DNA of 64,000 bases, from assembly GCA_037443035.1 (NCBI GenBank), contig JBBIPC010000001.1, forward strand, positions 320,001 through 384,000, written 5' to 3'. Position 1 is the stretch's first letter. Each line of letters begins with the position of its first letter. The position numbers and the translations under genes were made by a program. This stretch comes from Chthonomonadales bacterium. Its GTDB lineage: Bacteria > Armatimonadota > Chthonomonadetes > Chthonomonadales > CAJBBX01. Positions 18,896 to 31,698 of this stretch are shown here, piece after piece. The notes below the pieces were generated by a model. It worked only from the letters and a program-made list of their open reading frames with translations, ran no database searches and was not told the DNA's origin.

Positions 18896-19392
18896 CGCCT
18901 TCGTTTCCCTTTATGCAGGGAGACCGCTGCGCTGGCAGGAAGAAGCATCTCGAGAACTCCGTTGCCAGGCCCCAGCTTGCCAGCCTTCACTACAGCACAT
19001 GCCGCCTTTCCCATGTGAATCGTCCCACCACCGACCAACTGCCGGATCGTCTCGCTCAGCGTTGGCTCATGCCCGACGAGCATGACTCGCCGCGCCTCGC
19101 TCTCGCTTGGAAGGAGTCGCTGCAGCGCGTCAATGCCGAAACCATGGGCCAGCTCCGAAGCAATGCGCAGACGCTCGCGCGTCCCCAACGCCTTGGCCAC
19201 GATCTCAGCGGTCTGTCTGGCTCGCACAAGGGGGCTACTGAGTATGGCGTCCAAGCGTAAGTCGAGGCCTGCTAGACACGCGGCTACGACCTCCACTTCG
19301 CGGATGCCTTCTGGGGTCAGGCGTCGGTCCGCGTCCAGGCCGCTCGGCGCGACGTCTTCCGCGACGCCGTGACGAACGAAGAACAGTCTCAT
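18892..19392 (-). CDS. sixA: Phosphohistidine phosphatase SixA
   Basis: LFFVRHG, RRLTPEG, SSPLVRARQTA, LVGHEP; SD AGGAG. Confidence 0.88.
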   Translation of the reverse strand: MRLFFVRHGVAEDVAPSGLDADRRLTPEGIREVEVVAACLAGLDLRLDAILSSPLVRARQTAEIVAKALGTRERLRIASELAHGFGIDALQRLLPSESEARRVMLVGHEPTLSETIRQLVGGGTIHMGKAACAVVKAGKLGPGNGVLEMLLPASAAVSLHKGKRRR

Positions 19393-19405
19393 TGTATTCT
19401 CCTGG

Positions 19406-20122
19406 CTAGTCAATGCCCAATACCTCACGCTGCAGCTTCAGCAGGTGGTGAATACCCGCATGCGCCAGGTCGAGAAGGCGGTTCAGCGTGGCCCGATCGA
19501 ACGGCTCTCCCTCCGCCGTGCCCTGCACTTCCACGAAGCGCCCCTTGTCCGTCATGACAACGTTCATGTCCACTGCCGCCTGACGGTCCTCCTCGTAGCA
19601 GAGGTCCAATGCCTCTTCACCATTTACGATGCCGACGCTGACCGCTGCCACCAGCCCGTCGATGGCACTCTTCTTCAGGAGCCGCTCGGTTCCCATCCAG
19701 CGGACGGCGTCCACGAGGGCTACACATGCGCCGGTTACCGAAGCCGTCCTGGTGCCGCCGTCGGCCGAAATGACATCGCAGTCCAATGTAATCGTCCGCT
19801 CCCCAAGCGCATCCATGTCCACAATGGCACGTAGGCTCCGGCCGACCATGCGCTGGATCTCCATCGTACGACCACCCGGACCACGCGTTTCTCGCGGCGT
19901 TCGCTCGGCGGTTGCACGTGGCATCATGGCATATTCGGCGGTTACCCACCCCTTGCCAGTACCTTTCAGAAATGGCGGAACCCGATCCTCCACGGATGCT
20001 GCGCAGATAATCCGGGTATTCCCTACAGATATGAGACACGAGCCTTCGGCGTGAGGCAGATAGCCCCGCTCCAGCCTAACTGCGCGCATCTGATTGCGCT
20101 CGCGTCCATCGATTCGTGGCAT
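19406..20122 (-). CDS. rph: Ribonuclease PH
   Basis: [51 protein letters not shown]. Confidence 0.97.
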   Translation of the reverse strand: MPRIDGRERNQMRAVRLERGYLPHAEGSCLISVGNTRIICAASVEDRVPPFLKGTGKGWVTAEYAMMPRATAERTPRETRGPGGRTMEIQRMVGRSLRAIVDMDALGERTITLDCDVISADGGTRTASVTGACVALVDAVRWMGTERLLKKSAIDGLVAAVSVGIVNGEEALDLCYEEDRQAAVDMNVVMTDKGRFVEVQGTAEGEPFDRATLNRLLDLAHAGIHHLLKLQREVLGID

Positions 20123-20157
20123 CTCTCTGTCCTCCCTGGCCGAGTGGCTACCAAACT

Positions 20158-22860
20158 CTAGTCCGTGCGGTCGGTGCCATTCATGAGACTTCTCATCTGG
20201 CGCAGACGCTCGTTGAGACGCGTTCGATTCGATAGATGCTCCGCGAGATTCTGCCTTTCCTTCTCTACCACAGCGGCGGGCGCCCGCTCGACGAAGCTCG
20301 GGTTGCCAAGTCGTTGCTCTGAACGTGTGATCTCTGCTTCGACCGACGTCAATGCCTTCTCGAGACGGGCGATTTCTGCAGAAAGGTCGAGGCTGGACCC
20401 GATATCCACGTACACATCGGTCTCCCCAACGTTGAACGCGGCCCAACGTCCTTGTTCAGATGGTCGTTCGGCTCCGATAACCAGCTCGCGAACTCGCGCA
20501 AGGGCGCTGACGACTGCCTGGTTGTCTCCAACCACCAGACCGTCTTCACGTGAACCCGGACGCACATGAACCCGCACCCTGTCCGCTGCAGGCACACCCA
20601 ACTCAGCGCGAGTGTTCCGAATGCCCCGGACAACTCCCATGAGCAGCTCCATTCTGCGCTCAGCGGTTTCGTTCACCCGCGCTGGGTCGGAGCTGGGGTA
20701 CGTGGCCACCATAATGCTCCGGTGCGGTGCGTTGCTGGCCACCGTCTTGCGGAAGGCCTCCCAGATCTCTTCGGTGATGTGGGGAATGAACGGATGCAGC
20801 AGCCGCAGAATCCGGTCCAGTACATGCGCCAGGACTACGCCCGTAACAGTTGCACCTTCTCGTAGTCGTGGCTTGGATGCCTCCACGTACCAGTCGCAGA
20901 ACTCGTCCCATACGAAGCTGTAGAGAGCGCGCATGGCGTCGTCCATGTCGTACCCTCCGAGAGCACCATCCACGATGGTTATACTGCGTTGCAGCCGCGA
21001 CAGGATCCACCGATCACACAAGCCCAGGCGGCTATCCTCCGGCAACACGACTCCGTCGGTTTCCGACCACTCGATGCGATGGCCAATCTGCTCCAGTACA
21101 CCCAGGACGTATCGTGAGGCATTCCATAGCTTGTTGTTGAACGTACCTGCGAGACGCACCCTGTCCTCACCGAAGCGGATGTCCTGGTTCTTCCCCGCCT
21201 GCTGCAGTAATGACAGCCGCAGAGCGTCGGCGCCGTACTTCTCGATCATTTCCAGCGGGTCAATGCCGTTGCCCTTGCTCTTCGACATGCGCTCGCCCTT
21301 GGAATCGAGTACCGTGGCGTGGATGTAGACATCTCGGAACGGCACCTCGCCAAGGAAGTCGAGACCTGTCATGACCATGCGCGCCACCCATAGGTAGAGA
21401 ATCTCCTGAGCGGTGGTGAGCAGGTTCGTCGGATACCAGAAGGCCAGCTCCTCTGTCTGTCGAGGCCAGCCGAGTATGGCATGCGGCCATAGTGCTGACG
21501 AGAACCACGTATCGAGCACGTCCTCGTCTTGCCGGAGCTGGTCCGGGGGCACGCCCAGCCGACGTGCGGCTTCGTCCGCATTGCGGCCGGCTTCGTACCG
21601 CCCGTCCTTGGTCCACCAAACAGGTATGCGATGCCCCCACCAGAGTTGCCGTGAGATGCACCAGTCGCGAATGTTCCTGAGCCAGTCGAGGTAGACTCGC
21701 GCGTATCGCTCGGGGAAGAAGCGGATACGACCATCTTCGACAGCTTTCGCCGCAGGTTGGGCTAGTTCCGTTTGACGGACGAACCACTGCTCCGAGAGGA
21801 GCGGTTCCAGCACCGTCTTGCACCGGTCACAGAGCGGCGTTTTCACGATATAGGGCTCAGTTCTCTCCAGAAGCCCAAGCGCTCCCAGATCTTCGAGCAC
21901 TCGTGTTCGGCAATCGTCTCTCTCCAACCCGGCATACCGAGGTCCGGCATCCGCCGTCATCCGTCCGTCGTCGCCAATGACCTTGACCTGCGGCAGACTG
22001 TGCCGAACACCTATTTCGAAGTCGTCGAGATCGTGGGCCGGCGTCACCTTCACCGCACCGGTGCCGAAGTCCATACGCGCGAACTCATCGGTCACGATGG
22101 GGATCACCCGCTCGGTAAGCGGCAATCGCACCTTCGCTCCATGTAGGTGCGTATAACGAGTGTCAGCAGGATTCACAGCCACCGCGGTGTCGCCGAGCAT
22201 GGTCTCCGGCCGGGTCGTAGCGACCACGACGGATCCGTCCCTATCTGCAAGAGGATAGCGTACATAGTAGAGGGCTCCCTGACGATCCTCGGAGTTCACC
22301 TCGATGTCAGAGATAGCCGACGAACAGCGCGGGCACCAGTTGACGACCCTCGTACCACGGTAGATGAGACCTCGGTCCCACCATCGGAGGAACTCTTCGT
22401 AGATCGCCTCGACGTATGGCTCGTCCAGCGTGAAGCGTGCACGCGACCAGTCGTACGAACAGCCCATCCGCTGCAACTGGAGATAAATACGATTGCCGTA
22501 CTGCTCACGCCACTCCCAGCACCGCTGTACGAACGCTTCTCTGCCGAGATCGTGGCGTGTCAACCCCTCTTTGGCAAGCTCTCGCTCTACGACGGCTTGC
22601 GTCGCGATGCCGGCATGGTCGGTACCAGGGAGACAGACGGTGTTATCGCCGACCATACGACGCCAACGTATGATGCAATCCATGATGGCATTATTGAGTG
22701 CGTGGCCAATGTGTAGACTGCCCGTGATGTTCGGCGGAGGGATGGTGATGCAGTACGGCCGGCCGGTTCCGGGTGTAGCACCGAACAAGCCAGCCTCCAT
22801 CCAGGTTCGATAGCGTCGTTGTTCGACCACTGCCGGATCATAAGCCCTTGGCAAGTCCAT
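20158..22860 (-). CDS. valS: Valyl-tRNA synthetase
   Basis: [31 protein letters not shown]-terminal coiled coil; start set at MDLPRAY after SD GGAGG (the longer ORF extension lies in the T-box leader). Confidence 0.98.
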   Translation of the reverse strand: MDLPRAYDPAVVEQRRYRTWMEAGLFGATPGTGRPYCITIPPPNITGSLHIGHALNNAIMDCIIRWRRMVGDNTVCLPGTDHAGIATQAVVERELAKEGLTRHDLGREAFVQRCWEWREQYGNRIYLQLQRMGCSYDWSRARFTLDEPYVEAIYEEFLRWWDRGLIYRGTRVVNWCPRCSSAISDIEVNSEDRQGALYYVRYPLADRDGSVVVATTRPETMLGDTAVAVNPADTRYTHLHGAKVRLPLTERVIPIVTDEFARMDFGTGAVKVTPAHDLDDFEIGVRHSLPQVKVIGDDGRMTADAGPRYAGLERDDCRTRVLEDLGALGLLERTEPYIVKTPLCDRCKTVLEPLLSEQWFVRQTELAQPAAKAVEDGRIRFFPERYARVYLDWLRNIRDWCISRQLWWGHRIPVWWTKDGRYEAGRNADEAARRLGVPPDQLRQDEDVLDTWFSSALWPHAILGWPRQTEELAFWYPTNLLTTAQEILYLWVARMVMTGLDFLGEVPFRDVYIHATVLDSKGERMSKSKGNGIDPLEMIEKYGADALRLSLLQQAGKNQDIRFGEDRVRLAGTFNNKLWNASRYVLGVLEQIGHRIEWSETDGVVLPEDSRLGLCDRWILSRLQRSITIVDGALGGYDMDDAMRALYSFVWDEFCDWYVEASKPRLREGATVTGVVLAHVLDRILRLLHPFIPHITEEIWEAFRKTVASNAPHRSIMVATYPSSDPARVNETAERRMELLMGVVRGIRNTRAELGVPAADRVRVHVRPGSREDGLVVGDNQAVVSALARVRELVIGAERPSEQGRWAAFNVGETDVYVDIGSSLDLSAEIARLEKALTSVEAEITRSEQRLGNPSFVERAPAAVVEKERQNLAEHLSNRTRLNERLRQMRSLMNGTDRTD

Positions 22861-22893
22861 CTTCCTACCTCCTCGTGCCGGGTTGCTCGACCG

Positions 22894-23135
22894 AAAACGA
22901 AAACGCCTGCGTCTCGAAGGACGCAGGCGCCTGCCCGCGCGGTACCACCCTCGTTCCCAGCCACTCGGGCCGGGCTCTCGGACGCTGTAACGGGCGCACC
23001 CGGCCACGCCTAAGGTAACACGTTCAGCGGGCGACTCCAGGGCGACGTTCGCACCACGTCCGTGTGGCGGCTTCCACCTAACCCGCCTTCTCTGGCACGT
23101 CCGAAGGAGCTACTCCTCCCCTTCAACGTCTTGTT
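22894..23135 (-). promoter_or_regulatory. T-box riboswitch (Val specifier GUC) with transcriptional terminator
   Basis: T-box AACGAGGGTGGTACCGCG (22938-22955); stem I motifs TTGAAGGGGAGGAGTAG, CCAGAGA, GGTGGAA; specifier GAAC-GTC (23044-23046); terminator CGCCTGCGTC/GACGCAGGCG plus U tract. Confidence 0.92.
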
Positions 23136-23155
23136 CCCGAGCACTACTACAGCGC

Positions 23156-23185
23156 AGTATACCGGCGGCCTCTCCTTCTCGTCAA
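23156..23185 (-). promoter_or_regulatory. sigma70-type promoter for T-box-valS
   Basis: TTGACG-N18-TATACT just upstream of T-box stem I. Confidence 0.7.
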
Positions 23186-23231
23186 TCGCCACGAGCACGG
23201 CCATGCTATAATCCCCACAGAGGTTGCCAAA

Positions 23232-24254
23232 GTGATCATCGTCCTAAGTCCCCACGTAACCGAGAGCGAGGTCGAGGAAGTCAGCGACATCCTTCGGTCT
23301 CGCGGTCTCGGTGTTCATCTGTCCCGCGGGACGGAAACTACGATTATTGGGGCCATCGGTGCTCTGGACGAGGAGAAAGCGGAGCTTGCCAGTCAGCTCA
23401 TGGCGCTCCCATACGTGGACCGCGTCGTACCAATCTCGAAGCCGTACAAGGTAGTCGGAAAGGCGTTTCGCCCTGAAGGCACTGTCCTCCAAGTCCGAGG
23501 TGTTCCCATCGGTGGCAAGCGCATTTGCATCATGGCTGGCCCATGCACTGTGGAGTCCCGTGACATGTTGATCGCCACAGCTACGCATGTGAAGGCACAT
23601 GGCGCCCACGTCTTGCGCGGAGGCGCGTTCAAACCGTCAACGTCACCCTATAGCTTTCACGGTCTGGGCGAGGACGGCCTGAAGTTGCTGGCCGAAGCCA
23701 GGGACGTGACCGGCCTTCCCGTAATCACCGAGGTGATGGACCCGCGCGACGTAGAGCTGGTTGCCGCGTATGCAGACATTCTGCAGATCGGTACACGCAA
23801 CATGACGAACTTCAACCTCCTCCGGGAAGTCGGGGAAACGCGCATGCCGGTCATGCTCAAGCGAGGCTGGGCAAGCACACTCGAGGAGTGGCTTCAAGCC
23901 GCGGAGTACATAGCGTCCCGCGGAAACTACCAGATCATTCTCTGCGAGCGGGGAATCCGCACCTTCGAGACCTATACCCGTAACACGTTCGACATCAACG
24001 CCATTCCGGCCGTCAAGGAGCTCTCCCACTTGCCCATCATCGCTGATCCCGCCCATGGGACCGGGAGGCGGAGCCTTGTGCCTGCTATTGCTTGCGCCGC
24101 CGTGGCCGCTGGCGCTGATGGCGTTATGGTGGAAGTTCATCCGAGCCCGGAGAAAGCCCTCAAGGATGGCGCTCAGTCACTGACCTTCGCCTGTTTCGAG
24201 CGGATGATGCAATCGCTGCGGCCGGTCGCCCAGGCGCTTGGTCGCGAGTGGTAG
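23232..24254 (+). CDS. aroF: 3-deoxy-7-phosphoheptulonate (DAHP) synthase, type I-beta with N-terminal regulatory domain
   Basis: [42 protein letters not shown]; extended -10 TGCTATAAT upstream. Confidence 0.95.
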   Translation: MIIVLSPHVTESEVEEVSDILRSRGLGVHLSRGTETTIIGAIGALDEEKAELASQLMALPYVDRVVPISKPYKVVGKAFRPEGTVLQVRGVPIGGKRICIMAGPCTVESRDMLIATATHVKAHGAHVLRGGAFKPSTSPYSFHGLGEDGLKLLAEARDVTGLPVITEVMDPRDVELVAAYADILQIGTRNMTNFNLLREVGETRMPVMLKRGWASTLEEWLQAAEYIASRGNYQIILCERGIRTFETYTRNTFDINAIPAVKELSHLPIIADPAHGTGRRSLVPAIACAAVAAGADGVMVEVHPSPEKALKDGAQSLTFACFERMMQSLRPVAQALGREW

Positions 24255-25171
24255 ACCAGCATCATAGGGGCCTCGATGTGGAACGCTCGTCCGCGCGGCA
24301 TGGTGCGTTGGCTGCAACCACCGATACTCAGATGACCTACGGCATCATCGGTCTCGGACTCATCGGCACTTCGGTCGGCATGGCTATCTCCCAGGCGGAT
24401 CCCCTGGCTACGGTACGGGGCTACGACTGCTCTCGCGACGCCATGGTCTGTGCTGCCGAGCGTGGCGCTGTCAAAGTAGTATGCGACACGGCGTCCGAGG
24501 CGGTTCGTGGCACTGACCTTGTCATCCTGGCGGTACCGCAGCCAGAGTACCACGCAACGCTCGATGCCATCGTTCCAACGCTTCCAGAGACTGCCGTGGT
24601 GACTGATGTTGCGAGCTGCAAGCGAGACATCGTGGAGATCTGTGAGAACGCGATAGGTTCCCGCTTCGTGGGCGGCCATCCCGTCGCAGGATCCGAGCGC
24701 CGGGGAGCTGAAGCCGCGTCGCTCGGTCTCTTCATAGGTGCGCCTTGGGTGGTTACACCGACCGCTACCACGGAAGACAAGGCCGTGCAGACGGTGCTGC
24801 AACTTGTGCGCATGCTAGGGGCCAGGCCCGTGATCCTCTCCCCGTGCGAGCACGATCGCATCATGGCATACGTCAGTCACCTACCGCACGTCTTAGCGTT
24901 CGTTCTGGCATCGGTTGCTCTGGACTCCGTCGGTCCCCTTGGGCCTCGCTGCGCCGGAGGTAGCTTTCGCGATGCCACGCGCGTCGCTCGCTCGGAACCG
25001 GAGTTCTGGGCCGATATCTTGCTCCGCAACGCGGATTTCCTGGCGGAGGCTACGCTGGCTCTCGGTGATCGGCTGAACGAGGTATCGGCTGCAATTCGTG
25101 CTCGCGACCGTTCGCAGTTGCTGCAGATACTGCGCCGCGGACATCTGCCCGTCTCCCAAAGGCAATCATGA
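24248..25171 (+). CDS. tyrA: Prephenate/arogenate dehydrogenase
   Basis: [47 protein letters not shown]; start may instead be ATG 24332. Confidence 0.92.
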   Translation: MVDQHHRGLDVERSSARHGALAATTDTQMTYGIIGLGLIGTSVGMAISQADPLATVRGYDCSRDAMVCAAERGAVKVVCDTASEAVRGTDLVILAVPQPEYHATLDAIVPTLPETAVVTDVASCKRDIVEICENAIGSRFVGGHPVAGSERRGAEAASLGLFIGAPWVVTPTATTEDKAVQTVLQLVRMLGARPVILSPCEHDRIMAYVSHLPHVLAFVLASVALDSVGPLGPRCAGGSFRDATRVARSEPEFWADILLRNADFLAEATLALGDRLNEVSAAIRARDRSQLLQILRRGHLPVSQRQS

Positions 25172-26463
25172 GGGATCCGCTACCGATCACTCCGGTTCAG
25201 AGAGCTGTCAGCGGAGTACCCCGTCTGCCCGGCAGCAAGTCCATCACGAATCGCGCGCTGGTGCTTGCCGCAATGGCGACAGGGACGTCCAAGCTGGAGG
25301 GCGCGTGTATCTCCGAGGACACGCTGCTCATGGTGGAGGCGCTCCACTCGCTCGGCTTGCGCGTGGTCGTCAACCAGACAGAACAAGCGATGGAAGTCGA
25401 GGGCTGCGCGGGCCGCATACCCGCAGACCACGCGGAAATCCACGTGGGCAACGCCGGCACGGTAGCTAGGTTCCTCACAGCGACCCTCTGCATAGGGCAC
25501 GGCAGCTACCGGCTGGACGGCACCGAACGCATGCGTGAACGCCCCATCGGGCCGCTTGCGGAAGCTCTGCAGTCGCTTGGGGCGGAGGTCACCTACCTCG
25601 ACGCAGCAGGTCACCTGCCCATTCGCATCGTTGCGTCCGGTCTGCCCGGCGGCTTTGTCAGGATCTCGACCGCTGAGAGTAGCCAGTTCTTGAGCGCGCT
25701 CCTGCTTGCCGCGCCGTTCGCTCGGAAGACCATGGTTCTTGCCACTGAGAGCAGCATCCCATCTCGGCCATACGTGGACATGACCATTCGCATGATGGAG
25801 AGATGGTCCCTCGCTGTCCAGATGCGCGAGGACGCTACGGGTATCGAGTTTGCAGTGCCTGCACCACAGACGCTGATGGCCAGGTCTTACACAATCGAGC
25901 CTGATGCTTCGGCCGCCTCCTATTTCATGGCGGCGGCGGCCCTGACCGGCGGTACGGTCCGCATACCTGGCTTAGGGATGCAGAGTCTCCAGGGAGACGT
26001 CCAGTTCGCCGATGTCCTTCGAGCCATGGGCGCGGAAGTCGTCATGGACGACGAGGCCGTGACCGTATACGGTGGCGCCCCCCTGCGCGGGGTGGATGTG
26101 GACATGAACGGCATTTCCGATACGGTCATGACGCTGGCAGCCCTTGCTCCGTTTGCCAGTAGCCCAACTCGGATCCGCAATGTTGCCCATATCCGCCTCA
26201 AGGAATGTGACCGCATCGAAGCGATGGCGACTGAACTCCGGCGTCTGCGTGTGGAGGTACGAACGCATGACGACGGCCTTACGATCTATCCCGCTCGCCC
26301 TAGGGGGGCAGTCCTGGATACCTACGACGATCATCGGATGGCAATGAGCCTATCCCTGATCGGTCTACGCGTGCCAGGGGTCGCCATCCGCAACCCTTCG
26401 TGCACTGCGAAGACGTTCCCGCGTTACTTCGACGAGCTCGAGCGACTCTGCGGGGAAGGCTGA
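25168..26463 (+). CDS. aroA: EPSP synthase
   Basis: LPGSKSITNR, GNAGTVARF, SSQFLSALL, RLKECDRI, DDHRMAM, KTFP. Confidence 0.97.
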   Translation: MRDPLPITPVQRAVSGVPRLPGSKSITNRALVLAAMATGTSKLEGACISEDTLLMVEALHSLGLRVVVNQTEQAMEVEGCAGRIPADHAEIHVGNAGTVARFLTATLCIGHGSYRLDGTERMRERPIGPLAEALQSLGAEVTYLDAAGHLPIRIVASGLPGGFVRISTAESSQFLSALLLAAPFARKTMVLATESSIPSRPYVDMTIRMMERWSLAVQMREDATGIEFAVPAPQTLMARSYTIEPDASAASYFMAAAALTGGTVRIPGLGMQSLQGDVQFADVLRAMGAEVVMDDEAVTVYGGAPLRGVDVDMNGISDTVMTLAALAPFASSPTRIRNVAHIRLKECDRIEAMATELRRLRVEVRTHDDGLTIYPARPRGAVLDTYDDHRMAMSLSLIGLRVPGVAIRNPSCTAKTFPRYFDELERLCGEG

Positions 26464-26482
26464 CACTACAGAGTCGCCGCTG

Positions 26483-27595
26483 TTACAGTCCGTGGTACAT
26501 GAAGACCCGTTCTTTCAACTCGGCGACGGTCTGGCGCGCGTAGGAACGCGCATGTTCGCGGTCATGTGGAGCAATGGGCGGGTCCTCTTCGTCCCTCAGG
26601 AACGGTACTCGGTCGTGGTCGGAGAAGGTCACAGGGGTCTCGTTCGCCAAGGGGATGCCGAAAAGCCTCGAGAAGGCCAGCGCCCACATGCGTGGGACGG
26701 TTGTCAGGTTGTAGCCACCTCCACCCAGTGCGACGATCGGTATGCTCAGTGACACCACGTCCTCTATCGCCCGCGCCCATCCTTGAGCCGTCAAACACAA
26801 GCGCGCCAGCGGGTCGAGGTAGTGAGGGTCGGCACCGCATTCGAGGCACACTGCTTCCGGTCTGAACGACTGTATGATGGGCCAAGCGCCTTCCCTCCAG
26901 GCCCAGTACCACGTTTCGTCGTCGGTATAAGGCCAGAGCGGAACGTTGACGCTGTAGCCCATTCCCTTCCCGACCCCCATCTCCCGGACGAAGCCTGAGC
27001 CAGGAAACAGCGTCTGACCAGTCTCGTGAATAGAGACAGTCAGCACATGCGGATCATCGTAGAAGGCTTCCTGCACGCCGTCCCCGTGATGCACGTCAAT
27101 GTCCACGTAGAGCACGCGCTCGAATCTCTCGCGCAACTGGTGGATCGCCACGACACAGTCATTGAACACACAGAAGCCCGCTGCACGATCGCGATGCGCA
27201 TGGTGCAGACCGCCCGAGATGTTCATGGCCACCTGGGCTTCGCCACTCACGACAATCTTCGCAGTCTCCAGCGATGCTCCCGTGTACAGCAGTGACGAGT
27301 CCCACATGTCCGGGAAGACGGGATTGTCGCCATAGCCGAATCCGTAGCGAAACGGGAAGGGCACGTGCTCGCCCGCACTGAGGCGGTCCACCGTCTCGAT
27401 GTATTCAGCGGAATGTGCTTTGCTCAGCACATCTAGCGGACAGGGATGCGGTGCGCGTACTTCGACACTTTCGAAGGCACGATACGCTTGTAGCAGCTCG
27501 AACGTGCGCGCAAGACGGATCGGGCGGAGAGGATGCTGGGGTCCAAGATCGTAGCGGAGGAACTGCTCGGTGTAGAAGAAAACGCCTTTGCTCAT
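26483..27595 (-). CDS. acuC: Acetoin utilization protein AcuC / class I histone-deacetylase family
   Basis: HPLRPIR, GGLHHA, GFCVFND, DIDVHHGDG, SIHE, GGGGY. Confidence 0.88.
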   Translation of the reverse strand: MSKGVFFYTEQFLRYDLGPQHPLRPIRLARTFELLQAYRAFESVEVRAPHPCPLDVLSKAHSAEYIETVDRLSAGEHVPFPFRYGFGYGDNPVFPDMWDSSLLYTGASLETAKIVVSGEAQVAMNISGGLHHAHRDRAAGFCVFNDCVVAIHQLRERFERVLYVDIDVHHGDGVQEAFYDDPHVLTVSIHETGQTLFPGSGFVREMGVGKGMGYSVNVPLWPYTDDETWYWAWREGAWPIIQSFRPEAVCLECGADPHYLDPLARLCLTAQGWARAIEDVVSLSIPIVALGGGGYNLTTVPRMWALAFSRLFGIPLANETPVTFSDHDRVPFLRDEEDPPIAPHDREHARSYARQTVAELKERVFMYHGL

Positions 27596-27698
27596 GTGCA
27601 TTCCAGAGGGCTTGTTGCCTAACAACCTATTCTACACTCCAAGGCCACTCCGCAGGATACTCGCCTTCTGCCAAACGGACACGAACGCGGTACAATAG

Positions 27699-29018
<1,320 letters not shown>

Positions 29019-29192
29019 CTCCAGGACTCCTCACTTGCGGTAGCCCGATGATCAGTCGTGGGGCTGTGACACGAATCTCGCGCGCGGGAAGGGCTCGACC
29101 CGCAGAGGTGGGTTGCGTGTCCGTGGGCGGGCCATTCATCACCCGTGTGGGTGTGCATTACTTGCCCGCGCCGATTACCGTGCACCGATCGC

Positions 29193-30917
29193 TCAGTCCG
29201 CGTCTCGGCTAACGCCGTGCTGCAACGGTTCGACGTCCACAGTCGTTGCGTTCCTGTACAAGACTCTGCCAGGCGCAGCTCCGCGAGGCCGTCGCACGTA
29301 CTTGCGAAGCGTGTAGTCCACAGGAACATACGCTGAATGCTTGGCCGCACTGTGTCGTGCTGCCAGACCAGCAGCTAGGCGAATGACGCGCGGCGGCACA
29401 CGGTCAGGATGACCGTTCGTGCGCACGAGAACGTGCGCACTCGTGCCGGCCCGGACATGAAACCAGAGGTCGTCCGGCGCAGCAAGCTTCAGCAACCGGT
29501 CATTTCCCTCTGCATTCTGTCCGACCCATACTTCCCAGCCATCTTCTAGGTCCACGACCCGGATACCCTTCAGCAGTTGCCGACGCTCCAAACTGGGCTG
29601 TGCCGCCGACCGGCGCACGTCTCGGATCAGTCCGAGATCCGCCAACTCGCGCCTGCGCTCCACGATGGCACCGGCTTCCGGTTCCGTCTCCAACCAACGG
29701 AGTTCCCCTTGGAGGCGCTCGATCTCATCGGTCAGCGACTGCTGCCGCGCGGCCAGCCGTTCCCGCGACCTGGTCAACTTCCTTGCACGGGCGTAATATG
29801 CTTCGGCGGATTCCTGCACGCCGAGACCTGGCATGAGTGCCACCGATACGGGAGTGCCATCGCCGTACAGGTCCGGTACCATGGCCACCCCCTCGGTCAT
29901 GTGTGCGCGTCCCGCTGCGGCAAGCAAGAGGTCGGCGCGACGCCTCAGTTCCGCCGCCTCGTCGGCTATGGCAAGGGCGCTCGTGACCTCCTGGTGTTGT
30001 TTCGTACGCGCTTCTAGGGCTTCCGTTACGAGCTGTGCCAGCTCCCGTCGCGTCCGCGCAATAGCTTCCCGGTCAGTCATCGCTACGCTGGCATCCGTCA
30101 GCGCAACGCTAACGCTTTCACGCGTTTCTTCGCACACTCCGTCGAGGTCTGCAACGCCGATTGGATAGGCGCCCAGTATCCGTCCAGACCCGTCGTGGGC
30201 AACTACAGGTGACCATTGTCGTCGCCTAGCCGCACCGAAAACGGCTTCCCAGGCGCGAGCCAACCCGTGCGATGCGGCGCGAACTGCAATGAGCCTCGCA
30301 AGGAACGGTGACATGCCTATGTACGTCTCCAGGAGTCGCCCAGCAAGTATCTCCTGATCCGTTCCGGCCAGCCCGTTCCGCTCGGGCTGATGCGAGCCGA
30401 ACGGATCCAAGTGTCCACGCGGGGGCGGTGGAGGCACGTACGCGGCCCCGGGGGTTACGACGCGGAACCGGCTCTGGCGCTTCGTAATCACCTTCGCAGC
30501 GGCAATGATGGCCGCGTCAGAGCTGCGGAGGATCACGTTGCTGTGCCTGCCCATGAACTCTGCCACCAGCGTCAAAGCGGTCTCGCCCGGAACAATGTCT
30601 AGCTCCAGAACACGGTCGAAGCCGATCTGCTTCGCAGCCACCAACACGGCTCCCTCCATGTGCTTTCGCAGCGCCATGCAGAAAGGCGATGGTGCAGGAA
30701 GGCTCCGCGGTCTGCTTGGGACCAGATGAACCCGGGCATGCACGGCGTCCCAACTGATGAGGAGATACCAGCTCCTCCGATCCCGGTAGATCTCTATCAC
30801 AAGTTCCGCCGCACTCGGCTGAACAATGCGCTGAATGCGTCCACCGACGATGCAATGGTGCAGCTCGTCCACTACTGCTCGAAGACACAAGCTGTCGAAC
30901 GGCACACGGAGGTCCAT
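29193..30917 (-). CDS. rqcH: NFACT family protein, ribosome quality control factor RqcH (FbpA/PavA-like)
   Basis: GGRIQRIVQP, FCMALRKHM, FDRVLEL, EFMGRHSN, GQNAEGND, DLWFH, VPVDYTLRKYVRRP. Confidence 0.88.
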   Translation of the reverse strand: MDLRVPFDSLCLRAVVDELHHCIVGGRIQRIVQPSAAELVIEIYRDRRSWYLLISWDAVHARVHLVPSRPRSLPAPSPFCMALRKHMEGAVLVAAKQIGFDRVLELDIVPGETALTLVAEFMGRHSNVILRSSDAAIIAAAKVITKRQSRFRVVTPGAAYVPPPPPRGHLDPFGSHQPERNGLAGTDQEILAGRLLETYIGMSPFLARLIAVRAASHGLARAWEAVFGAARRRQWSPVVAHDGSGRILGAYPIGVADLDGVCEETRESVSVALTDASVAMTDREAIARTRRELAQLVTEALEARTKQHQEVTSALAIADEAAELRRRADLLLAAAGRAHMTEGVAMVPDLYGDGTPVSVALMPGLGVQESAEAYYARARKLTRSRERLAARQQSLTDEIERLQGELRWLETEPEAGAIVERRRELADLGLIRDVRRSAAQPSLERRQLLKGIRVVDLEDGWEVWVGQNAEGNDRLLKLAAPDDLWFHVRAGTSAHVLVRTNGHPDRVPPRVIRLAAGLAARHSAAKHSAYVPVDYTLRKYVRRPRGAAPGRVLYRNATTVDVEPLQHGVSRDAD

Positions 30918-30951
30918 GGACGCTGCCAGTAGGTACTTGGCGGCCCTTTAG

Positions 30952-31698
30952 CTACTTGCGGCCGGTCAGACGTCTTATGAGCATCTTCACCGGGTCGTAG
31001 TACTCGTCCGCCACGCGTTCTTTCAACGGTATGATCGCGTTGTCCGTGATTCTGATTTCCTCCGGACAGACGTCCTGGCAGCAGCGCGTGATATTACAGT
31101 AACCCACGCCAGCTTCGTTCCGAAGGAATTCTCGCCGTCGAAGCGTGTCAAGCGGGTGCATGTCCAGAGCGGCTAGCTTGACCATGTACCGCGGACCATA
31201 GTATGCGTCCTTCCGGTTGTGGTCGCGGAGCACGTGGCAGACCGTCTGACAGAGGAAGCACTCGATGCACTTGCGAAACTCCTGAGCTCGGGTTACGTCC
31301 GCCTGGTCCATGACCAGCGGCTTGCCGCCGGTGTCAGGCGGTTGCAGCGGCGGAATGGTCTCGGCGATGCGGTAATTCCATGAGACATCGGTCACGAGGT
31401 CCTTGATCAGCGGGAACGTCTTGATGGGGTGTACTCGAATCGTTCTCGTTGGACCGCACACATCCTCGACGCGCGTCTTGCACATAAGTCGTGGCACACC
31501 GTTGATTTCCGCACTGCAGGAGCCACACTTGGCGGCTTTGCAATTCCAGCGGCAAGCTAGGCTCCCGTCTTGCTGCTCCTGGACTTGGCGCACTGAATCG
31601 AGAACCACCATTCCGGGGTAGGTCTGGACCTCGTATTCCTTCTCCTCCCCGCCGGAGGCGTCACCTCGAAAGATCCGCAGTCGAACCGTCTCGCTCAT
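30952..31698 (-). CDS. sdhB: Succinate dehydrogenase/fumarate reductase Fe-S subunit
   Basis: CKAAKCGSC...C, CIECFLCQTVC, CNITRCCQDVCP clusters. Confidence 0.93.
   Translation of the reverse strand: MSETVRLRIFRGDASGGEEKEYEVQTYPGMVVLDSVRQVQEQQDGSLACRWNCKAAKCGSCSAEINGVPRLMCKTRVEDVCGPTRTIRVHPIKTFPLIKDLVTDVSWNYRIAETIPPLQPPDTGGKPLVMDQADVTRAQEFRKCIECFLCQTVCHVLRDHNRKDAYYGPRYMVKLAALDMHPLDTLRRREFLRNEAGVGYCNITRCCQDVCPEEIRITDNAIIPLKERVADEYYDPVKMLIRRLTGRK

Noticed and set aside
29019..29192. Small ORF or RNA between convergent ahcY and rqcH
   Set aside because: Short ORFs lack SD and motifs; no convincing promoter or strong structure
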